The notes beneath the pieces are model-generated. The model saw nothing but the letters and a program-made list of their open reading frames with translations, had not been told where the DNA came from and searched no databases. This document shows positions 51,669 to 64,000 of a stretch of DNA of 64,000 nucleotides, one piece after another. The translations under genes were made by a program, and so were the position numbers. Source of the DNA: Octopus vulgaris (Eukaryota); NCBI GenBank assembly GCA_951406725.2, contig OX597828.1:13082001-13146000 (forward strand), in the 5' to 3' direction. How positions within the stretch are numbered: position 1 is the first letter of the stretch; every line of letters starts with the position of its first letter.

Positions 51669-52045
51669 TATTTTATAAGAAAGAAATCAGTCTTTTCACA
51701 ACCGTTTACAGATTCTAATGACCCTTTACATTCTGAGTTCGAATCCTGTCGTGGTTTAACTTTTCCTTCCATTCCTCCTGGACCGGTTTAATAAACCTCT
51801 GAAATGTCCTAGAAGTTCATAAGCTCTCAAGTACTTTGTTGTCTAGTGTCCCTTCATTGTTTAAAACAGTGGGATATGAATTTGAAGTAGATTTGTTAAT
51901 GAACCAGTTCATTGCTTTACCCCAGTGATACTCAAGTAGGGCTCATATGGCCCTTGCTGGGAGGAGAGAAGGTAAGATTTTGTAAAAATTTATGTGCAGT
52001 AAATTGGTTATACTTCTACAATCCTTTTACTTTTATTTGTTTCAG

Positions 52046-52185
52046 GGCATTCCTTCGATATAACTCGACAAAATCAAAACATTTCAAGCAGAAAACAGAA
52101 TCGAATTGTCATTTGCTTCCAATACGCAATGGAAATACATTATGTGAAGTGTTTTGATTTTGTCGAGTTATATCGAAAGAATGCC
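52046..52185. mobile_element. 140-bp MITE with ~40-bp TIR and 8-bp TSD, nested in a SINE end
   Basis: TGTTTCAG duplicated; GGCATTCCTTCGATATAACTCGACAAAATC / reverse complement. Confidence 0.85.
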
Positions 52186-52779
52186 TGTTTCAGTTATTAG
52201 ACTGCTGCCAGGAATTTTTTTGATTACTCATTCGGTTTGTTTTTGTACTGAATTGTTAAGTTACAAGGGTGTAAACAAACTAACAGCGGTTGTGGGGAAC
52301 AAACATGCATATGTGTGTGTCCCTTTTTTTTTTAAGGAGCACTCCGTCGGTTACGACGACGACGAGAGTAGCAGCTGATACGATCAACGGAACAGCCTGC
52401 TCATGAAATTAACATGCAAGTAGCTGAGCACTCCAGAGACACATGTATGAAGATTCAGCGTGACACAAAGTGTGACAAGGCTGGCCCTTTGAAATACAGG
52501 TACAACTCATTTTTGCCAGCTGAGTGGACTGGAGCAACGTGAAATAAAGTGTCTTGCTCAAGGACACAACGTGTCGCCGGGAATTGAACTTACGACCTTA
52601 CGATCGTCAGCTGAATGCCCTCATTTTACAGACACATGGTTTAGGTTCAGTCCTACTGTTTGGCACCATGGGCAAGTGTCTTCTTTAGCTGTCACGATGA
52701 CCAATGCTTTGTGAGTGAATGTGATAGACTTCAGTCTACCACATTCACTATGGAAATCTCGTATATATGTATATGAATT

Positions 52780-54170
52780 TATAGATAAATTCCTCTACAT
52801 GATATCGAGGTCTCATTCATTCTTTTGTTGTTATAGTATTATTAATATATATATATATATTGATAAAACGGTAAGATAACAAAAGAAAGAGACCTCAATA
52901 TTATGTAAATAGAGGAAATTTATCTATACAATAATATGTTACATTACTCGGTAGCATTTTTCGTCATAAAAATTATATAAAAATACATAAAAAATATATA
53001 AAATCTTCTTGGGACATAAAACATAGAAAGCATGTTCTATCTGTTTTCTTTAGGGGACCAAAAACGTAACAGAAATTTAGTCACATGTGGGCATGATCCG
53101 AAAAGTTCTGTCCTTGTATTTAGACATGTAGTAGGGTCTAAGCTGCTTTTCCAGATAAGCCATCTCTCCATGTCGCATAGACCGCACCTTCCGCTGCCGT
53201 TGGTATAGGGAATACATCTGGCCAAAATCTTCCATTGTATGTTATAATCGACACCTTTATCTCTTAAAGACCAAATATGATTAGATAATTGTGTCGCTTT
53301 TCTTTTGTTCCAGTGCCTAAAGCTCAAAGTGTGGTTATTGAACCTGGCCTTGAAATTACCCTCTGTAAGGCCCACGTATTTCTTCGTCGAAACGGTGTCT
53401 TTAGTGGTTATAGAGTTTACGGTAGCTTCATATATCATGGTGTTGGACATGCAAGCTCCATTTAGCGGGCACAATTCTTTATTCCTGCATGAACAGCTGT
53501 TTTCTTGTTGTGTTTTTTGTATGTTATGTTTGATTATGTTTTTAAAATTGGTAGTTGAACTAAAACTAATTTTTAAATTGTGTCTATTGAAGAGTTTCCT
53601 ATAAGTATGGTTAACTGGAAAATGTCTATCTATCAGTGCTAGGAAATATTTACCTATATTGAAGGCCACCTCGGGTGAGTAAGGGGGCGTAAACCAGATG
53701 ACCTTCCTATTTCTATTATTCCTTTTCCTTACTGTTGGGCTAGTGATAGGTGTATATTTTATTTTTTCGCTAAAACCACTATCTTTTAAAGCCTTATTAT
53801 AAACTGGGGCAACGCTATTGAAGATGTCCTTATCAGAGGAGAGGCTAGAAATCCTCTTACTAATATTTTTAACTAAATTTTTGAATACTATAGGGAGATG
53901 GCATGAACCTACATTAATATAACTTAGTCTATCATTGGGCTTCCTATAAGGCTTATAAATATTCTTATTAAGATCTAAGGAAACGGCTAAGAAATTGACA
54001 ACTGTCAGGTTAGTATCTATAGTTATACTAAGTCCGAAGTATTTCATTAACTGGATAATATCCTTCCTAAAACAATCTTGTGCTGGTCCATTTGTATTAG
54101 CTGTTAAGGCGAGGGCATCATCTTTGTAGATGGCGAAATGTACGTTAGGGAATGTCTTACAGAGATGGTG
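52780..54170 (-). mobile_element. 5'-truncated Penelope-like retroelement (RT C-terminal half + GIY-YIG endonuclease)
   Basis: In-frame YKDD upstream of ORF 53037-54047; NFL...PYRKPN thumb region; CSC...CPLNGAC; MIYEA...YVGLT; CGLC...LNTRTE...CPH; terminal inverted repeat at 52780-52925. Confidence 0.92.
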
Positions 54171-54272
54171 TTGTGGATTTCCACTTTGGCATCTGAAACT
54201 CAGAGTTTTATCTTGACTACCGAGTAATGTAACATATTATTGTATAGATATATATATATATATATATATATA

Positions 54273-54787
54273 CTAGCAGTATCACCCGGCGTTGCTCGGG
54301 TTTGTAAGGGATATAACTTTATAAGCATTTTTAGAGAGTTACTTCCCTTATAGATGCCAATTCGGGCTTTCTTAGCCATTTCTGTTTTGGTGTCTTCAAG
54401 CCATGAAGTCGTTGTTCTAAAAGAACGCTGGTCTCCTTGACAACGCTTTACAACGTTGATTTCCTTACACTCCCTTCCCCACAGCTTCATGAGGGAGGGA
54501 AGAAGGGGGAGAAGCAAACAGGTGCAGGTGTGACCATGGACGCCAACTCCGCTGCCATTGACACATGAAAAATTATGCATTAAATTGGAATAAAAAATGA
54601 TGTTAAATTATTTTTAAAATCGTAGACTCATCGTAGACGCGTGCTAATAGCCAGACGGGCTCGATATGAATCACGACTATAAGATACCCGAATTTGGTTA
54701 AACTACACCGCAAAATGTGGGAGTAGTTAGGAATCTAAATCGAAGGGGACAGACACTCACACAACTACAGTTTTATATATATATAGA
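54273..54787 (-). mobile_element. Non-autonomous Helitron, near-identical to 12818-13330
   Basis: Reverse-complement match over the full length; CTAG 3' end at 54273. Confidence 0.85.
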
Positions 54788-55686
54788 TATATCTATATAG
54801 TGTTTGTATAAAGAGGGTGGCCAGCTGGCAGAATTGTTAGCATGCTGGGTGAAATGCTTAGTATTTCATCTGCCATCGCGTTCTGAGTTCAAATTTTGCC
54901 GCGGTCAACTTTGCCTTTCATCCTTTCGGGGTCAATTAAATAAGTACCAGTTACACACTGGGGTCAATGTAATCGACTTAATCCCTTTGTCCTTGTTTGT
55001 CCCCGCTGTGTTTAGCCCCCTGTGGGCAATAAAGAAATATATATAGTGTGTGTGTGTATACATGTGTTTGTGTCTCCCTCCATCGCTTGACTATAGGTGT
55101 TGGTTTGTTTATGTCTATGTAAAAAGAGACTGATAGAATAAATACCAGGTTTAATAAGTTCTAGAATTGATTCATTAAAATAAAACTTTCATGGCAATCC
55201 TCCAGCATGACCGTAGTCTAACATCTGAACAAGCAAATATATATATAAAATATAGTATTTCAGGTGTCTTTATGCAAGGTGTTGAGAAAACTAAATTATG
55301 ATGGAGGGACAGGAACAGGTGTCTTGCTGTGGAAGAGATATGTGACTAACCCACATTACATAAGGGTGGGTGGGATTATCTAGAAAGCGAGATAAACCTA
55401 ATAAACAAAAATTCCAGTAAACATTTTCTTTTTGTGTTTATTAGTTCAAAGTATCTCATTTCTTTACTGCCCACAAGGGGCTACACACAGAGGGGACAAA
55501 CAAGGACAGACAAATGGATTAAGTCGGTTATATCGACCCCGGAAGGACGAAAGGCAAAGTCGACCTCCGCGGAATTTGAACTCAGAATGTAGCGGCAGAC
55601 AAAATACCACTAAGCATTTTGCCCGGTGTGCTAACGTTTCTGCCAGCTCACCGCCTTAGTTCAAAGTATCTTATCATCATCATTAA

Positions 55687-55907
55687 CCCTTTCGTTACTG
55701 TATTTATTTTGAGATGCTCTGTGCTTCTTTCAATTACTTTAAATATAACTAAGAATTTAGTAAAATAACTTAGTTATCATTCAGCTAGTTTTAGGAACAT
55801 AAATTGTGACTACGGTTTGGTGGAAGTTTTTTAATTCAAAACTTATGAAAACAAGACATTTGTACTCAGAGCCAGAGCTGGTTTCAGGCAGGTTGGTAAC
55901 GAAAGGG
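55687..55907. mobile_element. piggyBac-type MITE with CCCTTTCGTTAC TIR
   Basis: TTAA flanks; same terminus as the 4547 and 7245 elements. Confidence 0.8.
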
Positions 55908-57230
55908 TTAAATGTCCATTTGCCATGCTGACAAGGCAGAAAACTGTACCAGGTTTCATTGTCTGTTTTGGCATGGTTTTTACAGCTGGATGCCCTTCCT
56001 AATGCCAACCACCCTACAGAGTGGACTGAGTGTTCTTTACATGGCACCAGCACATCTCACCCTTTACAAGTTGTGATTTTATCTCAAACTATCACAGTAT
56101 TTCTAATTAGCAAGGTTAACAATCAAAGCCATTGCACCCATTATAAGTTGCTAGTATTCACAATCTTAACCATAACTTACCCATATAATTGCTGGTATTA
56201 GCAAATTTAACCGCAGCCATACTTATAATTGTTGTTAACAGTTAACCATATCTTACAATTGGTAATGTTAATAATCTTGGGACATGATGTGCAGTGGCAC
56301 ATTCTCTGGCTCCAGTCTTGCAGCATCAGCTCCAAACCTGAGTGTTGCCACCCATTATGCTGAGGAAAGAAAAATCAATAAACACGGGTGTCTGGCCAGT
56401 TGCTGTCAAGATGTCAGCTGTTCTAGGACCCTGTACTACCGATTTCTTCTGCAAAATCGGGTGGAATGGCTGCTGCAGTGAGTGTCACTTGCCATTCTCT
56501 GAAGCAAAACCATCACAATTATTACCACAGAGAATGGATGAGTACCTCTCTTGTTTTGGGAGGTATGGGCCATCACTCCTCTATTATCCGCTGCTTCGTC
56601 CCACCACCAATTTTATTTTTTTCTTATCTCTCTTCTTTCCTGCTTCTTTAAAACCTTCACAATTGTTCTTCAAGATTTTAACCATAATGTAGAAGCCCAG
56701 CCGGAGCATGAGCATCTGAATCTCAGGATCATGGGCTCAAGCTCCACATCAGTCACATTACGCTTTTTTAGACAGGCATGGCTGTGTGGTTCAGAACCTT
56801 GCTTTGCAACTACATGGGTTTCAGGTTCAGTTCCATTACACATCACCTTGGGCAAACATCTTCTATTATAACCCCAAGATGATCAATGCCTTGTGAGTGA
56901 ATTTGTTACATGGAAACTGTGTGGAAGCCTGTTGTGTGTGCATGTATGTCTTTGCATTTGTGTTTATTATCCCCACCACTTGACAACTGTTGGTTTGTTT
57001 ATGTCCCCATAACTTAGTGGTTTGGCAAAAGAGACTGATAGAATAAGTACCAGACTTTAAAATAAGTACTGGGGTTGATTTGCTCAACTAAAACCCTTCA
57101 GGGTGTGCCAAGTAAAATATAATTATCCTTACAATGGCTGGTGTTAGTAATCTTAACCATAAATATCTTTACAATTGCTGGCCTTAATCTTTTTCTCTTG
57201 AAATGTGTTTACTCATTGATATATTTTCAG

Positions 57231-58010
57231 ATGAGCGAAAATGAAGCCACAACTTTGACTACCTCAGACCACCCAACTTCAGACAATGCAGATTCAGATT
57301 ACACAGCTTCAAGCCAAGCAACTTCAGGTCAGGCAACTTCAGGCCAGACAACTTCGAGCCATCCTGCTTCAGGCCAGACAATTTTAAGCCATCCTGCTTC
57401 AGGCCAGGCAACTTTAAACCATCCTGCTTCAGGCCAGGCAACTTCGAATCATCATGCTTCAGGCCAGGCAACTTCGAGCCATCCTGCTTCAGGCCAGGCA
57501 ACTTCGAGCCATCCTGCTTCAGGCCAGGCAACTTTAAACCATCCTGCTTCAGGCCAGGCAACTTCAAATCATCCTGCTTCAGGCCAGGCAACTTCAAGCC
57601 ATCCTGCTTCAGGCCAGGCAACTTTAAACCATCCTGCTTCAGGCCAGGCAACTTTGAATCATCCTGCTTCAGGCCAGGCAACTTCAAGCCATCCTGCTTC
57701 AGGCCAGGCAACTTCAAGCCATCCTGCTTCAGGCCAGGCAACTTCAAGCCATCCTGCTTCAGGCCAGGCAACTTCAAGCCATCCTGCTTCAGGCCAGGCA
57801 ACTTCAAGCCATCCTACTTCAGGCCAGGCAAATTCAAACCACCCAACTTCAGGCAACATAACTTCAAACCCCTCAGTTTTAAACAACCCAGCTTCAGACC
57901 ACTCAGATAATGATGATGATGACGACGATGAAGATTATGTTCCTGGTAACGAGAATGATTATGATGATGGACCAAATACACCAGAGTTATATGTTGAAAC
58001 GGCTGAATCT
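57231..58010 (+). CDS. First coding exon of an unidentified gene; Ser/Thr/Ala/Gln-rich repeat region followed by an acidic patch
   Basis: TTTTCAG|ATG AGC start, 260 open codons, GTATGT donor in phase 0. Confidence 0.8.
57360..57869 (+). repeat. Coding 30-bp tandem repeat, 17 x HPASGQATSS
   Basis: Unit CATCCTGCTTCAGGCCAGGCAACTTCAAGC repeated in exact register. Confidence 0.97.
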
Positions 58011-59163
58011 GTATGTTAATTCAAACCTCATTTTCTTTTTCTCTTTAATTAAATTAATTAAAAATAGCTGTGTAAAATGCTAAATTACATGATCTAACAT
58101 GTCTTCTTAACATCCGTCATGTTAAGTTTTGCTCCCGGGCAAGACACATAGCTTAGCTTACTTTAGTATACATGGTTGACAGTCAAGTGGTTAGCAACTG
58201 AAAGAATCTTAACCATTTTGATACCAAACTGCCCAAGACCACCTGTGGATCTATGATACAATCTTCCTATTTTCAAGAGAACTAAATTAAAACCTTCCAT
58301 AAAAATTTCGTACTCATTTATGTTCTAAACTCCAGCTTAATTATAATAAAGTTATTTTACTAAATTCTTCATTATTACCAAATTAATTAAAATAAAGGCA
58401 GTGTATTTTAACAGGAATTCGGTCATGAAATAGTTAAAGCAGTAAGAACAAACCAAACAAAAAAGCATGCCAAAATAGATACAGAATTCTGGTGCAGTCT
58501 TCTACCTGGCTAGCTCCTGTTAAACCGTCCAACCCATGCCATCATGGAAGGTGGACGTTAAACAATGATGATGATTATGGGCAACCTGCTGTGCTTGAGG
58601 AGACCTATTGAGTCAAGTAAATCAACATCAAAAAATCAAATGGAAATTGTAGTTGTGATACCTGTGTTGGTGGCACGTAAAAAGCACCCACTACACTCAC
58701 AGAGTGGTTGGTGTTAGGAAGGGCATCCAGCTGTAGAAACACTGCCAGATCAGACTGGAGCCTGGTACAGTCTCCTGGCTTCCCAGAACCCGGTCGAACC
58801 GTCCAACCCATGCTAGCATGGAAAACGGACGTTAAACAAGGATGATGATGATATATATATGTATATATATAGATAGATAGATAGACAGACAGACAAGTGT
58901 CTTTCAGTTTTCATCCAGGAAATCCACTCGCAAGGCTTTGGTTGACCTGGGCCTATTGTTGAAGAAACTTGTTCAAGGTGCTGTGCAGTGGAACTGAACC
59001 CAAAACCACAGGCTTGAAAGCAAACTTCTGAACCTATCTGAAAAAAAAAAGATTATCATTTTCTTAATAACAATTCACGTTGAATATTTAGACTTTTAAA
59101 TATTTGGATGATTTATTAATTTGACTGTGTCAGTCACTTGTATTTTATTGTTTTTCCTTTTAG

Positions 59164-59235
59164 TCAGATTCAAATGCTGAACAGGAGTTACCTGTGGCTT
59201 CCGGGACATCAGTTGTACATATAGATCTTGATTCT
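59164..59235 (+). CDS. Second coding exon (SDSNAEQELPVASGTSVVHIDLDS)
   Basis: Polypyrimidine tract plus TTTAG acceptor, GTAAGT donor, 72 nt, phase 0-0. Confidence 0.75.
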
Positions 59236-60134
59236 GTAAGTTAACATATCTATCATCATTGTCATCATCTTCATCGCTGATAGAATTTCTGAGGCAGTAT
59301 TTTATGACCCCAAATGCCCATCACCAACCTTTTACCTTTTAAAAGATGCACGGGCATATTAGGTGCACTCCGGTTTTAGTGGTACATATTTAGGATAAAA
59401 ATGGTTTTCATTGTATAAAAGCATGTAACATTAAATTTATAGGATGGCGATGAACTGGCAGAATTGTTGACACACCAGGCAAAATGCTTACCGAAATTTC
59501 ATCCATCTTCGTGTTCTGAGTTCAAACGTTGCTTTGGTCAACTTTGCTTTTAATCCTTTCGGGGTTGGTAAAATAATTACCAGTTGAGTACTAGGGTCAA
59601 TGTAATTGACTTAACCCCTCCCCTGAAAGTGCTGGCCTTGTGCCAAAATTTGAAATCACTATTGACTTATGGAAGCCCAACTTCATGTATAGGACCCACA
59701 GAAGGATTTCTGAGACTTTTTCACTAAAATAATGAAATTGGTCTTGTATTTGCCATTCACCAAGATGTTACATGCCAAAGATGGAGCTTCCTTGTGACTA
59801 CTCAACCTGCCAGAAATAGTAGCAGAATTTCTCGCATCCTACTTTTAAGACAAGGAAAGATACCTTGCTTGATTTGGTCTGGAAAAACGGGAAGAATATT
59901 GTTGGAATAGGTTGACTAAGAGTAAAACAACAATTACTACCTTATTAGTTTAGTATTTATATTGGTTTCAAATTTTGGGGAGGGGAATAGTTGATTACAT
60001 CGACCCCAGTGTTCAACTGGTACTTATTTCATCGACCCCAAAAGGATGAAAGTCAAAGTTGACCCTGGCAATATTTGAACTCAGATTCTGTTAGTTCGAA
60101 CTTTCATTTGGTATTTATATTGATACTCATACAC

Positions 60135-60467
60135 AAGGCACATGACTCAGTAGTTAGAGCAGCGAGCTTACAATCATGAGGTTGTGAGTTCGAATCCTGG
60201 ACCGGGCTGTGTGTTGTGTTCTTGAGCAAGACACTTTATTTCACGTTGCTCCAGTTCACTCAGCTGTAGAAATGAGTTGCGATGTCACAGGTGCCAAGCT
60301 GTATCGTCCTTTGCCTTTCCCTTGGATAACACTGGTGGCGTGGAGAGGGGGGCGGCCGTATGCATGGGTGACTTCGGTCTTCCATAAACAACCTTGCCCG
60401 GACTTGTGCCTGGGAGGGTAACTTTCTAGATGCAATCCCATTGTCAGTCAAGTCCGAAGGGGGTCTC
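60135..60467 (+). mobile_element. tRNA-derived SINE (second copy 62746-63075)
   Basis: A box (TGACTCAGTAG), B box GTTCGAATCC, and central GTGTTCTTGAGCAAGACACTTTA. Confidence 0.85.
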
Positions 60468-61039
60468 AGCATACACAAGACACTATTCTGTTGTATGCTG
60501 TCAGTAAAAATGCAACAAAGTTGTAATAAGGATTTGGCCAAATTTGAACCTCTTTGCTCAGATTTCTTATTTAGAAGCACAACCTTGAAATAGCACCATA
60601 AAAGGCATGAACAGCCTTAAGAAAAAAGAATGTTCATGTAAATGTTTGCTGCTAGTGACTAATAGATGCCTGCTACTGCTGGCTGCCCAAGGTGCCATGC
60701 AGTGGGACTGAACCCGGAACCATGTGGTTGGTAAGCAAGCTACTTACCACATAGCCACTCCTACGCCTATAAATACGTTAGGGATTTTTAAAGATTGAAT
60801 GCTTATTAGGGTCCAGTAGAGTAAAATAGGAATCAAAGGAGTCCATAGGTAAAAAAATGGTTGAAAACCACTAGGTTAAACACTTCCTATGTCGCTCTTG
60901 TCATCAAAAATTCAGTGAACTAGTAATTAGTCCATTGGGAACATATTACTAATAACATAATTGCTCACAAATTACGCTATAAAAAAATATACAACAAACT
61001 GATTGATTTTATTATTTTTCTTTAATTTCTATTTGTTAG

Positions 61040-61303
61040 TCTAGAGATGATTCTAACCAACCTGATAACGAGGTGACAGCTGGACCAGCCGATGTCATCA
61101 TCATCGCAGAAGGAGATGATGGGAATAATTCCAACAATAGTAACAACCATGGTCCAACAGCAGAAAATGTACTGCCACAACAAAATAGCACACCACCACC
61201 ATCTTCAGCTTCCGACACTGATTTTCGGTCACCTAAGCGGCGCCGAATTGAATCTCCAGCAAAACCAAATCATCTCAAAGAAGGTGATTCACAGGATGAT
61301 GAA
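61040..61303 (+). CDS. Third coding exon (SRDDSNQPDNEV...SPKRRRIESP...EGDSQDDE); gene continues beyond the window
   Basis: TTGTTAG acceptor, GTAAGC donor, 264 nt open, phase 0-0; PKRRR NLS-like motif. Confidence 0.8.
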
Positions 61304-61432
61304 GTAAGCTAAAGAACTATTCAGAAATTTCAATTTTTTAAAAAATTCTATTTGTCTTATTTTATTTTCTACCCAATATTCTCAATTCTCTCATGGGGTA
61401 TGCTAATAGCATTGGTTATATGATTTATAGTC

Positions 61433-62036
61433 GGATCTTTACCGTTTGACCAACAGATTTAAAAAAATAATTTTTTGCAACTAAACACTTTCAAACTTCG
61501 TATACTGGTAGAATGTCTCACATTAAACATCTTTTACTCATAGCGTTTTTGAGAAAAGTTTATGTTTAAAAAGTTATTTCGTGTTGAAGTTCTCATATTT
61601 TGGTAATTTCAGCCAATCAATGACGTGTATTCAACTGAATAAAATTACTGCTGTTGTTTGTCAGCAACAACTATCTGCGGTGTATTTTTCATTTGTCACT
61701 GTTATTTATGACATCGTTCGTGCGTTTATACTGGTTTTAAGGTTTTAGGGTTAGGGTTGTAATAAATGACTGTGACAAACGAAATAAACACCACCGGAAG
61801 TTCTTGTTGACAGACCACAACAGTTTTTTATTCAGCTGAATACACATCATTGATTGGTTGAAATTACCGAAATATGAGAACTTCAACACGAAATAACTTC
61901 CTAAATATAAGCTTTTCTTAAAAACGCTAAGAGTGGAAGATGTTTTATATGACACATTCTACCACTATACGAAGTTTGAAAGTGTTTAGTTACAAAAAAT
62001 TATTTTTTAAATCTGTCAGTCAAAAGTTAAAGATCC
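61433..62036. mobile_element. Foldback MITE with ~290-bp arms and 9-bp TSD, related to the 44921 family
   Basis: TSD TTTATAGTC; GGATCTTT...AAAGATCC termini; arms are imperfect reverse complements. Confidence 0.85.
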
Positions 62037-62089
62037 TTTATAGTCAATTGCCTGTTATCCATCACAATGTGGTGTACATGATCATTATT

Positions 62090-62475
62090 TTCCATGGTGG
62101 TGGCAGTTGCAGGACTTGGGTCGTCTTCAAAACTCTCCCTTCCCCTCCTAAATTCAGCTGCCCATTTTTGCACTGTTGATAATAATAGTTGGAGCAACGT
62201 CCCTTAATGTAGCAACCATGTCAGCATGAATGTCCTTGGGGGCTAAACCGTTTTTCTGCAGGTACTTGATAACAGTACAATGCCAAATTCTATTTACCTT
62301 CAAGAGAAGCCAGTACTAGTTACTTTGGAAGTCTTCTCTGAACAGTTAGATGTCAGCTTACCTGGAAAGAAACAATGCGGTTATTAAAAAGAAGAGTTGA
62401 ATTTAATGCTTGCAAGATTTCGCAGCTCTAGCGTCACTCCTTCATAGGAAGAGTATGAACTTTTCAGCCCCACCA
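62090..62475 (-). mobile_element. Mariner-like 5' remnant
   Basis: Minus-strand remnant VIKYLQKNGL...DIHADMVATL and a TIR-like end. Confidence 0.55.
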
Positions 62476-63749
62476 TTATAAATATAATTACCCCTTTAGC
62501 ATTCAAACCCCCCCAAATGCTCTACCTGTTCTATGTTCAAACTGACTGGATCTGACCTCTCACACCTACCCTACAATGTCATCCTAAAAACATACAATCA
62601 CATCATCAAAATCTGAAGGCTAAGAGCTAAGGCTTGATTAGGTTAAGCAATATTGAAGCTTTGAGCTAATGCTGTAATCACTATTTCAGAGTCACATAGT
62701 TTTCTCCCTTTATCTTTTTTATCATTATTACTATTGGCACGCTAGTGAAGGCGCATGGCTCAGTGGTTAGAGCATCGAGCTTACGATCATGAGGTTGTGA
62801 GCTCGTATCCTGGACTGGGCTGCATGTTGTGTTCTTGAGCAAGACACTTTATTTCACTCAATTCACTCAGCTGTAGAAATGAGTTGCGACGTCACTGGAG
62901 CCAAGCTGTATCTGCCTTTGCCTTTCCCTTGGATAACACTGGTGGCCAGGAGAGGGGAAGCCGGTATGCATGGGCGACTGCTGGTCTTCCATAAACAACC
63001 TTGCCCAGACTTGTGCCTGGGAGGGTAACTTTCTAGGTGCAATCCCATGGTCAGTGTTGTGACCGAAGGGGGTCTCAGACGATTGGCGCCTAATCTTCTG
63101 AATTATCCAGCTACAGTACTTCTCCATCTCTCTCATCCTCTCAGACTTATATCTTACATCCCAGACATGGCATTAAGCACTTCACTCAGTCTTTCCTCCT
63201 TATAACTACAACCTCTGGAATTCCCTTCTTGCTCACTCTTTTCCTGCAAGCTTTTTAACCACACATGGCTGTCATCATAATCATCGCCATATTAATGTCC
63301 ACTTTTTTCTGCCTGGTGAGTCAGGCAGATTTTCTACAACCATGTACCCTTCCTGTTGCAAACCCTCACTTCTTTGATTCTTGAACATTCAGATTATTCT
63401 GTCAAATGTAATGCTTATTTATTCATATTTATCATCATCATCATTTAATGTCCGCTTTTGATGCTAGCATGGGTTGGACAATTTGACTGAGGTCTTGCGA
63501 ACTAGATGGCTGCACCAGGCTCCAATCTGATCTGGCAGAGTAGTGAGTGCTTTTACGTGCCACTGGCATGAGGGCCAGTCAGGCGGTACTGGTAACGGCC
63601 ATGCTCAAATGGTGCTTTTTATGTGTCACCTGCACAGGAGCCAGTCTAGTGGCACTGGCAATGACTTCGCTTGAATATTTTTTTTATGTGCCAGTAAGGC
63701 GATGCAGGTAACGATCACACTCAAATGGTGCTCATTACGTGCCAATATA

Positions 63750-63824
63750 CAGGGTTATTGAAAATGAATGAACCAATTTCATTATGCAATATTTTAATTG
63801 GTTCATTCTTTTTGAATAACCTTG
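63750..63824. mobile_element. Minimal Tc1-type MITE (TIR-only hairpin)
   Basis: TA-CAGGGTTATTGAAAATGAATGAACCAATT...AATTGGTTCATTCTTTTTGAATAACCTTG-TA. Confidence 0.7.
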
Positions 63825-63826
63825 TA

Positions 63827-63858
<32 letters not shown>

Positions 63859-64000
63859 ACAACACACACACATGTATATCTGTATGTCTATTTGCATGCA
63901 TGTTTCTTTCCATGTGTATTTCCATTGGTGCCAACAGTGACATTTTTTTTTTTTAAATTTTGTTTGTTCCTTCTCGAGCCATACCTGGCTCATAAGGGCC

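Noticed and set aside
56280-56760. GC-richer stretch with several overlapping short ORFs
   Set aside because: No convincing splice pattern or motif; possibly a decayed retroelement fragment, but I could not support a call.
57360-57869. CRISPR-like regular 30-bp periodicity
   Set aside because: No unique spacers and no cas genes; it is a coding tandem repeat in a eukaryotic exon.
57259-57886. Antisense ORFs (LKLPGLKQDG)n and (WLEVAWPEAG)n
   Set aside because: By-products of a stop-free 30-nt repeat; only the plus frame has splice sites and non-repeat coding flanks.
60135-60210. tRNA-like sequence with A and B boxes (also 21360, 38706, 62746)
   Set aside because: Heads of tRNA-derived SINEs that continue into a repeat body; no complete cloverleaf.

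Overview
AT-rich, repeat-dense animal genomic DNA. The SINE families and (TA)n/(CA)n/(ATG)n microsatellite load resemble an octopod cephalopod genome (inference from recalled repeat families). Two divergently transcribed, intron-rich genes share a CpG-richer promoter near 49.1-49.7 kb. (1) YIPF3 lies on the minus strand. I reconstructed it by hand as 12 coding exons from ATG 49107 to TAG 10336 with consistent GT-AG splice phases. Exon 9 (23988-24139) has intact ends but a scrambled interior and borders a chimeric ~1.4 kb duplicated block that looks like an assembly artefact. (2) A plus-strand gene has three coding exons (57231-58010, 59164-59235, 61040-61303). They encode a disordered N-terminus with 17 copies of a decapeptide and a basic NLS-like motif, and the gene runs off the window. 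The rest is a layered transposon landscape: tRNA-derived SINEs, RTE and CR1-like LINE fragments, a Penelope-like GIY-YIG retroelement, piggyBac deletion derivatives, Tc1/mariner relics, non-autonomous Helitrons, hAT-like MITEs and several GG...CC MITEs with 8-9 bp TSDs (Merlin-like). Most short ORFs in the supplied track are repeat or microsatellite artefacts. No prokaryote-type system (CRISPR, operon) is present, and I found nothing I can confidently call a new biological system.
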